From NCBI RefSeq assembly GCF_006345805.1, contig NC_043007.1:27466001-27530000 (forward strand): a stretch of DNA of 64,000 nt, read 5' to 3'. A model generated the notes under the pieces. The model did no database searches. It saw only the letters and a program-made list of their open reading frames with translations, and was not told the origin of the DNA. The stretch comes from Octopus sinensis. Lineage: Eukaryota. Of the stretch, positions 54,236 to 64,000 are shown piece after piece. Each line of letters starts with the position of its first letter. Within the stretch, counting starts at the first letter, position 1. The position numbers and the translations under genes were made by a program.

Positions 54236-54300
54236 CTGCCGTCGTCGTCGTCATCATCAAAATCACCATCATCATCGTCATCGTCATCATCATCTATCAA
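53779..54300. repeat. Degenerate (ATC)n array of about 520 bp
   Basis: Direct reading. Source of the poly-Asp, poly-Met and poly-Ser ORFs. Confidence 0.95.
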
Positions 54301-55014
54301 TCTATCTATCTATCTATCTGTATGTCTGTCTATCGACACACACACACGCTCACACACAATTAAATGTTATTCGCCTCGGTTGTCACTTGATCCCAGATCG
54401 CCTCTGATCAAACTGATTTAAAATCAGATGTAACAATATATCCAATTGTGAAAAAAGCATCCCTCACTTTTCAATACAGCACGTATCGAACCCAAAAATT
54501 GAACCAGGAAAATATTCTTTTGAAATCGCTCCGTATATACTGTTTAACGAAAATTTTCTATTTCAGAGTGTAACAAACTTCCGTAAGATCCGTGTAGAAG
54601 TGTCACTGTACGTTGCCAACTAATTCATAAGATAATGTTTGTTTTCTAACTTAGCAGTTCACTCTCAGTTTGATCTCTCTCATTCTGTTAATCCGTATAT
54701 TTAACTAGTTTCTCTTAGTTATTTGCGGATGTATTTATTTCTATTTCACGAACACCCTTGATCGCATTGCCATCAGCTTTGAAACGTGACAAAGTTTAGA
54801 GAAGTTGTATCGATTTCAATTTTCTCTTTTCCCTTGTCTCTATAAAAAAAGTGATCTGTTCAAAATATCTAAACCAACGCTTTATTATTTAGTATATTTA
54901 TTATTTAAACTACAGCTTAGGATAGAAATATGTTCAATATCAGTAAAGAACAAAAATGGAAAAATCTAATATATGTGCACTAATGATATTAGTTGAGAGT
55001 AATGCTCAAATATA

Positions 55015-55430
55015 TATTTCTTTACTACCCACAAGGGGCTAAACACAGAGGGGTGAAACAAGGATAGACAAACGGATTAAGTCGATTACATCAACCCCAG
55101 TGCGTAACTGGTACTTATTTAATCAACCCCGAAAGGATGAAAGGCAAAGTCGACCTCGACGGAATTTGAACTCAGAACGTAGCTGCAGACGAAATACCTA
55201 TATCTTTACTACCCACAAGGGGCTGAACACAGAGAGGACAAACAAGGACAGGCAAAAGGATTAAGTCGATTGCATCGACCCCAGTGCGTAACTGGTACTT
55301 AATTTATCGACCCCGAAATGATGAAAGGCAAAGTCGACCTCGGTGATATTTGAACTCACAACGTAACTGCAGACGAAATACGGCTACGCTTTACGTCCGG
55401 CGTGCTAACGTTTCTGCCAGCTCGCTGCCT
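55015..55430 (-). mobile_element. SINE family S1 multimer (head, body, linker, body, linker)
   Basis: Two near-identical units of about 190 bp. Confidence 0.9.
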
Positions 55431-56690
55431 TTTATAATACGCAAATATCACTAAAACATATGCAAATAATGGAGTTGGTAGAGCAACGCACACAATATAT
55501 TTTGGTGTATATATATTTATGTTCCGAATTTAAATGCTTTGGGGATTTTCCCTTTCGTTCATACGGCAATAAATTAAATAGCAGTCAGCCCGCTTTTTTC
55601 GAAAACTGTTTACCTGTTGAACACTGTTTAGGAAGCAAAATCACCTGGCTGCGTTTGGCTGGACGTACAAAACATATGTTCCACAATGACAAGGTTTCAC
55701 GCTTGGTTCCTGATAAATGAACGGTGGCGATGTTGCGCCTTTTTAAACAAATACTTATCTATATTAGATATTGATATTTTTGGAAATTGTTTAAATAAGA
55801 AAAAATCCAAACAAATACTACACATTAAATCAATAAGGGGAGCCTATATGTAATAATACAGCTTGCTAAAAATAGCAGTTCAGTATACAACCAAAAATAT
55901 CTTAGTCTTCAATAAGGAGAAGAATTGTTGGATAATGTAGCTCTACATGCAAGATATCAAAAAACAAGTTGGATTTATCACAGATGAAATGCCATTTGCC
56001 ATGGGTCTTGTCTACGAATATTGACCTCACACTAAACAACTTTAAGTAGGTAGCTTAGACCATCACCCTGCGTCACACCATTTCTGAATTTTTGAGTTTC
56101 GTAGAGTGATTGCAATCTGATGCAAGAATTTAGATTAGAACCTTGGTTGACTACAACTCCCAAAATGTCCCCAAAATTTTTACTTACTCTCAAATCTCTC
56201 CTAGGCACTTTCCTTCTCTCTTAATGATATGATATTCTGTACCTCATACAATTTTAATCTAACGAAATTGCAAGTTTACAAGATTGATATCTAAGAATGA
56301 CATCCAATTAATTCTATATATTTACTTACGATGTAACATTTTGTCCTTTAGTACACACCTGAATTATTCAGAATAAGTTATGAATGAAAAATCTATGTTG
56401 TTAAATACCATAATATGGATGATTTATGTTTTGTTAACGGCCAGAAATCATTCAGTCTGAATAGTGCATGTTTCTGTCCTTAAGCAGATTCTTATTGAAC
56501 AAATAAATTGATTTCGCGCTAGTTCTAGTTTGCTTCAGACTAACAAATATATTTTTACAAGCAGAAACCTACGAATAATAACGATTCAAATATTCCCTAC
56601 AGGAATTAATTAAAGTAACCCTCGATTTGTACGATGCAACAATACGGTGTCATTTTGTGTCTTGATACAATTCTTTGTACACATCTTCAG

Positions 56691-57179
56691 GATGGGCTAT
56701 ACAACTCGTGACAATTATTCTGACCCTGTCATACTTCAAGCTGTTTCTTTATTCGATATTAATATTTGGCGGTTCTTCAGTTTCTCTCTCTCAGGAATGT
56801 TTATTTTATATTGTCAACCGATTCCAAGCAATCCAACTGCTTCGTATTCTGCTTCTTTCTATAATGAGTTAACTAGGGTCTCTTCCATGCATTCTGATAT
56901 TAATAATGGTCTTTCTAGATTCTACCGTTTCCCAAACCGACATTGTTTCACTTACACGGGAGCAGCAATATTTACATATGAATGACGCACTGTAGTCAAC
57001 GGGATTCTCCTAACGTGTTACGAGATGAATACAATTACACCTCGTCGTTTATCATCAAAGTTTTAACAATTATTGATGCGACAGTGAAAGCCGTCGAGAA
57101 GAACATAAATGGGATTGAATATTTGAACAGAGGCAAACCTTCACGAAACCGACAGCAAAATGAAGAAGGCACAAATTGA
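56691..57179 (+). CDS. Candidate coding exon(s) of an unknown, possibly secreted protein; frameshift or overlap at 56982-56985
   Basis: Acceptor-like sites at 56690 and 56794 (TTTCTCTCTCTCAG). In the open frame to 56985, 31 of 61 codons in 56800-56982 end in T. An overlapping ORF 56982-57179 has an amphipathic-looking helix. Confidence 0.35.
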
Positions 57180-57385
57180 CAATTAAAAGAATTTCGCTTT
57201 GCAAAATAGAACACTTTTTCACTTCATACGTAGGTGGAAAATACATATACTCGATGAAAATTCGGAAGAAAATTGACACACAGACACTCGCACACACACA
57301 AGCACATATATACGCACACAAGCACGCGTACGCACACAAGCACGCGTACGCACACACACGCACACACACGCACACACATACAGAG

Positions 57386-57416
<31 letters not shown>

Positions 57417-57420
<4 letters not shown>

Positions 57421-57625
57421 ATCCAAACATGAAAACACAAAGAGAAAACACAACACCGCGAGGACGTGGAACGAATATAGTATTATTGGACGCTCAGGAG
57501 AGAAGGGAAGAAGGAGAGTTTAACGTTTTGAGCGGAGCTCTTCATCGGAAACATAGGAGAAGGAAAGATCCAGAGAAGAGAGGAGAGGAAAAAAATCGCC
57601 AACGGTACACATGCGGTCACATTTT
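57417..57625 (-). mobile_element. PLE-like module family A; hammerhead-like motif 57518-57552 (G12A)
   Basis: Minus strand reads gttt CCGATGA A GAGC tcc GCTC AAAA CG T T aaac. Confidence 0.75.
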
Positions 57626-57820
57626 GAATATATATATATACTTGTGCATCTATACCTACACATACACACACACACACATACATACATACATACATACATA
57701 CATACATACATACATACATACATACATACACACAACATACATACATACATACATACATACATACATACATACATACATACATACACACAAACATACATAC
57801 ATATATGTATATATATAATC

Positions 57821-58010
57821 GCCATGATAGACCGCTAGCCACTAAAGCTTTATTTATTCCTTGTTTATTTTCTCGTGTTCCCTTCAGTTGAAGACTGTAA
57901 GCTCGAAACGTAAAAGACTTTCTCACATTCCCGAGCGTTAAACTAATACACCTTTATTTTGTTTACACACCTGTTTTCATCTTGTGTTTTTTTTTTGTAA
58001 ATTCCGATTA
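57821..58010 (+). mobile_element. PLE-like module family B; hammerhead-like motif 57881-57916
   Basis: cctt CAGTTGA A GACT gtaa GCTC GAAA CG T A aaag. Confidence 0.7.
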
Positions 58011-58349
58011 TATATATGATACTTTTTGACGGTATGGTTTATGAAGGGCACCTGAAATGGTTTCATGGGTCGGGTCGTCTGGATATTTGTTTAAATTATG
58101 TTGCTTTGCAAGAGATTGAAATGATAGCCGAGTCCGTCAGAGGAGATCCCTTTGATCTCTCTCTCTCTCTCTTTCTTCCTCTCTCTCTCTCTATCTATTT
58201 AACTGTCTATCTATCTATCTATCTAAATTTAAATAATAAGGGTGAAAAATTGAATATCAATTTGATTAAAATCAATTTAAAACCAGTGGTCTAGCATATT
58301 GAAAAATCTGAAGATTCATAAAAATTATATTGCATACATATAAAAGGGA

Positions 58350-58430
58350 TTCAATTCAATTCAATTCAATATTTATTGGCTCAAAAAGCAAAAGCAAGGC
58401 CATGTAGATGGACAGGGAGGGTGGTCATAG
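58350..58430 (-). mobile_element. Extreme 3' end of a CR1/L2-like LINE
   Basis: Minus strand has AATAAA followed by an (ATTGA)n tail. Confidence 0.5.
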
Positions 58431-58440
58431 AAAGGGTTCA

Positions 58441-58830
58441 GGCCACTAAGTGGACATCCTTTATGCTAGATGTAGACCCCATATGGTCTCACCACTAGAA
58501 AAAGATGTTCTCAAGAAAATTCAGAAAAGGCCTGAACATAAGCGAGCAAGACAAATGAAAAGATACAAAATATAAAGATTAATCGCAATCCAGTTTCGTT
58601 TTTACCACTTACGTAATACTTACGTAAATGTCTGCAATCCATCAGTCTGACCGTCATAGCAAAATATAACTTGCAGAACTATACACGTCTCGTGTATAGT
58701 TGTGCAAATTTTCATTTGTCTTGCTCGCTTACGTTCTGGTGTTTGCTGAATTGAATTAAGAACAATCTTTTGTTAGAGGTCAGACCATATGGGGTCTACA
58801 CCTAGCATAATGGATGTCTACTTAGTGGTC
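58441..58830. mobile_element. MITE-like element with about 70-bp terminal inverted repeats, superfamily undetermined
   Basis: CCACTAAGT.GACATCC.TTATGCTAG.TGTAGACCCCATATGGTCT mirrored at 58781-58829. Confidence 0.8.
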
Positions 58831-59136
58831 ATCCCTCTTATATGTCTCTCTGTCTCTCTATCTCTCCCTTTCTCTCTCTATATAAATGAATTTATAAATA
58901 TATATATATGTATGTATTTGCAGGTGTATATTTATATATATATATATATATATATATGCAAATACGTATTTCCGTATGCTTGTGTATATATATCTATATT
59001 TTTATATGTGTATATATATCTATGTATACATATGTCTGTATGTATGTAAGTATGTATATGTATATATACATGTTTGTATATATAAACACACATAAAATAT
59101 GCATGATGTATATGTGTATATATATATATATATATA

Positions 59137-59190
<54 letters not shown>

Positions 59191-59591
59191 CAAATGCACA
59201 TACACATACGTGTATATATAAAAAGAGAGTGGGGAAGAGAGATGTTTAAATGATGGGGTAGTGAAAGCAAGAGAGGGATGGAGACAGTTGTTGATAAAAG
59301 CAGAAACATGTGTGCCTGTGCGTGTGACTACTCTGTTGAAAGACGACAATATGTCTGATAGTAAAGTTGCTTTTATTTATTAATTTTTTTTCTCGTTAGA
59401 ATTGAAAAAGATTCAAGTTTGGCGTAAATCAATATCATGTTGCCTTTACTAACGTTCCTTTGAAACTTTGAAATGTTTATCGCATCCTCTCAAAGCTTCG
59501 TCCATGTTAATCATTCGGTAATCAGTAAACAACAGAATATACATATACCTATGATTCTCCGCTTTGATACTTTAATTATTACCTACCTATT

Positions 59592-59766
<175 letters not shown>

Positions 59767-60074
59767 TATGAATATGTATGTAAGTATGTATATGCACAGT
59801 GAGAAATATAAAATTAGACTAGACATATGTGTATATATTGACATATGTATGTAAACATAAATATTACTAAATATTATATGCATATATATATATGGTAAAG
59901 GATGTCACCAACTGTGTAAATGACGTGGAATACGTAAACAACGAGCGAAATATGGAAAACACAAGTAAACGCTGGGAAAGGACCCTCCATCAGATATATA
60001 TATCTATATGTATGTATGTATATTTATATGTGTGTGTGTGTGTATGTGTGGACATATATATATATGCATATATT

Positions 60075-60215
60075 CTCTCTCTGTTTATTTTGTTGTGTTC
60101 CTTTCCGTTGAACAGCGTAAGTTCGATACGTAAAAGACTCTCACCTTTTCGAGCGTTAAACTAATACACCTGTTTCTCGTTTATACACCTTTCTTCGTCA
60201 TCTGTTTTTCTGTAA

Positions 60216-60225
<10 letters not shown>
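60075..60225 (+). mobile_element. PLE-like module family B; degenerate motif 60101-60136
   Basis: cttt CCGTTGA A CAGC gtaa GTTC GATA CG T A aaag. Confidence 0.65.
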
Positions 60226-60304
<79 letters not shown>

Positions 60305-60360
60305 ATGTATACACACACACGCATATATATATATATATATAAATAAATATATATATGTAT

Positions 60361-60440
<80 letters not shown>

Positions 60441-60469
60441 GTACGTATTATATTCTATACATCTATTAT

Positions 60470-60850
60470 CCTTTTTGTTTTACTTGATTCATTGATTAGA
60501 CTACGATCATCCTGGGACAGCGCCTTGGAAGAATTTTAAAAGATTCCCAGTAGTTTTAAAGTTTTTAACCTCGTACTAATCTATCGATCACTTTGACCGA
60601 ACCGCTAGATTAAGAATGCGTAAAAAGGCCAACGCAAACATATAGACACATTCACACACACTGTTAGAAAACGAACACACACAAATTCATATATACAGCG
60701 ACGAAGGGTTTTCTGTTTTTGTCAAGCAAATATACTCAGCAGTCTTGAGTCTGTGGGGAGCTATACTAGAAAACTCCTGTACAAGTGCCACGTAGTGGGA
60801 CTGAAACTAGAAGCGTGTGATTGTGAAGCAACCTTATTACTAGACACTGC
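60470..60850 (-). mobile_element. Degenerate SINE family S2
   Basis: AAGTGCCACGTAGTGGGACTGAA and residual tail match. Confidence 0.6.
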
Positions 60851-61281
60851 CACTTGTTGAGAGGATAAGTAAAACTCCATCCGATCACCAGATCATGACT
60901 TTGTGCACGAAGCTGGTTAGCTAAATTTCGAAACGGAATGAAAATGATAAATATTGCGATTAATCAAATGACCGATGCTTACAATTCTTAATTTATTAGA
61001 GCAACATAAGAACCAAAGCATCAAGCAATTTTGTTGTGTGTGTGGGTGGATGGGGTGGGTGGAGATTGTGTGTGCTTATTTGTATGTGTATGAATCATTT
61101 TTTTTTCAAAGAAAACGCAATGCTGGTTTTCAGAAATTAAATGAATGGTTTGTACTTTTATTTTGTTTCTCTGAAGGTTTCATTACCAACCTGGAAATAT
61201 TGGTAATACAAATTGAAAATACAATACAACGAATTGTTTATTTTTTCTTATAACTTGCATTGTTTTGGCTTTATGAAAAAA

Positions 61282-61665
61282 CTAGCAGTATCACCCGGCG
61301 TTGCTCAGGTTTGTAAGGGAAATAACTATAAAGCATTTTTAGAGAGTTATAGCCAAAAAATAGCAAAAAAAATTCAAAAAAAATTATGGTAAATTTTTTT
61401 TTAGTTAAAAAAGGTCGAGTTGCGTCCTCTAGACAGTCTGTGGTTTGTGTTTCTGATTCTCGACCCCATGTCGAATTTATCGATTTTTTTCAGAACTGGG
61501 GGCACTTTTCAAAATTTTCGCTGCGTTAGTTTTGAATTATGACATTGGGCTATGTGTGTGTCAAGTTTCATCAGAATCGGTTGAAAGCCGTGGTCAGGGT
61601 GAGGGTACAACCAAACAGACACACAGAAACACACACAGATACACTGCCGTTTATATAGAGAGAGA
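61282..61665 (-). mobile_element. Non-autonomous Helitron
   Basis: Minus strand has an A|TC start, a 3' GC-rich hairpin-like (CC)TGAGCAACGCCGGG and a CTAG|T end. Confidence 0.75.
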
Positions 61666-61706
61666 TTAAACACGTATATATATATACATATATGTATGTA
61701 TGTATG

Positions 61707-61737
<31 letters not shown>

Positions 61738-62215
61738 TGTGTGTGTGTTTGTGTGAATACGCGCGTATGTGTAGGCGTGAGTGCCTGTGCATGTTTGTTT
61801 GTATGTGTGTGTTTACGCGTGGTTTGGTGTGTGCTTGTGAGTGTTTGTAGTTGCGCTGGTGTATAATTGTATATACAAAGGCAACGTAAGAGAGTGCTGT
61901 ATAATATTTCAGAAACTGTCTTGACTTAAATTCTAAACTACGCATTCCCAAGTGTTTGCCGTTCAAAGAATGTAACCGCACGCATAGATTTAAATAAATA
62001 TAAAAACATACAAATATACAGCAATGTTGTACATTCGTAAATATCTTCTCACATTTGTGGGTATATTTTTCATACATGTGCACATAGTTATATAAACATC
62101 CATGTTTATTTGAAAAAAAAGTGTATTAATACCTAGTTTTGTATACCGCTGCCTGTCACGATGTTTATCTAGCTATCGGTCCATCTACATATATGTGCGT
62201 GCCTATATATATATA

Positions 62216-62277
<62 letters not shown>

Positions 62278-62327
62278 TATAATATATATATATTATATTA
62301 TATTAATACATATATATATACATATAC

Positions 62328-62360
<33 letters not shown>

Positions 62361-62407
62361 ATATAATATAATATACATATATATATACATATACATATAT
62401 ATATATG

Positions 62408-62456
<49 letters not shown>

Positions 62457-63381
62457 TGTGGCGGTGCGATGTGGGGAGTTGTGTTTCAGTGTCACTGAGT
62501 CCCTTTGTGTCATGTGTCATACGTATAAGGACTTTTCTGTAACTCTTATGTTTCAATGTTTATAAGAAATTTTATCTTCTGAAATACTTGAATGGAATTG
62601 AAATAAGCAAATTCTAAAAACAGAACAAAATATTTAAAAAATAAAAAATAAAAAAATAGCTAAGTATACACAAAACTGACGTGCATGTATATGTATAAAT
62701 ATGCATGTTTGTGAGTGTGAGTGTGTAGAGATATATGCATTTATGTGCTTACATATGTATATATAAATGTGTGTGTGTGTGTAAGCATAGAGGGCGAATG
62801 TGGGTTTTTTTTCCCTATATGAAACACTATCCCGTGACGTCTGTTTTCTGAAGTTTTTTTCTTTTATCATAAATTCATATTTTTTCTTCTTACGAGGTTT
62901 ATTTCATTGTTTTTCCTTGTTTTATTATACTTCAAGCATGTTCTGTAGCTAGGCGTGTTTGTATTTTCCATAAGTAGTGGCGTTTCTCGGCATCGCTATT
63001 GTAAAGTAGCTTCCAAATAAGATAGGTCCTTAAAGTTTGTGTCAGAAGTCTCAGGAAAAGTAAATTCTTACCAAAAGTATTTAAACTGTAGACGAAAAAG
63101 AAAGAGCAAAGAACGAGAGATTATAAACGTACATTTTTATTTTATTTCCAACAAGTCATAAAAGAATATTTTACATATATAGTACATAAAATGCATATGA
63201 GGAAACACACACACACACACACACACACAAAGATACATACACGCACATGTACACACCCACCCGCGCGCACACAAATACAAACAGATATAGGGGTAAGTAT
63301 GCACGTACACGCACATATATATATATATATATATATATATGTAAGCATACACATACACACAAGTATATAAAAATATGTATA

Positions 63382-63473
<92 letters not shown>

Positions 63474-63499
63474 TATATATGCAGTATCGCCAACCGCCA

Positions 63500-63688
63500 T
63501 TACTCGAACAAATCGATCCCAGGACTTATTCTTTGTAAGTCTAGTACTTATTCTATCGGCGTCTATTGCCGAACCGCTAAGTTACGTGAACGTAGACACG
63601 CCAACACCGGTTGTCAAGCGTTGGTGGGGAAACAAACACAGACACACAAACATATACACTCACGTATATACATACATATATATATATA

Positions 63689-63731
<43 letters not shown>

Positions 63732-63860
63732 CGAGCTTCTTTCAGTTTCCGTCTACCAAATTAACTCTCAGATCTTTGGTCGGCCCGAGGATAGAGCAGG
63801 CACTCACCCAAGGTACCACGCAGTGGGACTGAACCGGGTACCATGTGGTTGGAAATCAAG
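63500..63860 (-). mobile_element. SINE family S2
   Basis: Reverse complement of the S2 tail, internal microsatellite and head. Confidence 0.85.
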
Positions 63861-64000
63861 TTACTTTATTTCATTTTATTTGCCATAAAGGCAGTACACG
63901 GAATAGCTGCGCGCTGGACAAACACATTAATGAATGAAAATGAAATAAAATGAATAAATGAGAGGCGAAACCCAACACCCGCCGATTGAATTTTTCTCGA

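Noticed and set aside
53745-54300. 181-182 aa poly-Asp/poly-Met ORFs (acidic biomineral-like protein)
   Set aside because: Pure (ATC)n array directly following a LINE-like 3' end; open in several frames, with no signal peptide or unique sequence.
56794-56960. Alternative frame resembling Cys-loop/chemotactile receptor TM1-TM2 (LFYIVN..ILLLSIMS*..IMVFL)
   Set aside because: It has in-frame stops and lacks GEK and correct spacing. The hydrophobicity is explained by T-ending codons of the neighbouring frame moving to codon position 2.

Overview
Eukaryotic, very AT-rich, microsatellite-saturated DNA. The SINE families look like those of octopus (inferred from recalled sequence, not database-checked). 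No intact gene, operon, CRISPR array or rRNA/tRNA gene is supportable, and almost every ORF in the supplied track is a translation of (TA)n, (CA)n, (TATC)n or trinucleotide repeats. The window holds about 25 tRNA-derived SINE copies in 4 families, two mariner remnants, two RTE-like LINE 3' ends, two Helitron-like non-autonomous elements, several MITE/foldback elements and a Penelope-like (PLE) GIY-YIG remnant. Three weak candidate coding segments lie near 19.5, 49.9 and 56.8 kb. The main signal not covered by the ORF track is about 18 minimal type I hammerhead ribozyme motifs (helix I - CUGANGA - helix II - GAAA - loopless palindromic helix III - NUH - helix I). They fall into several sequence families beside (TA)n tracts, and several sit in tail-out inverted repeats. 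Two families carry family-wide non-canonical cores (U4C or A6U, each with an extra A after A9). Hammerheads in PLEs are known in general; activity of these variants is untested inference.
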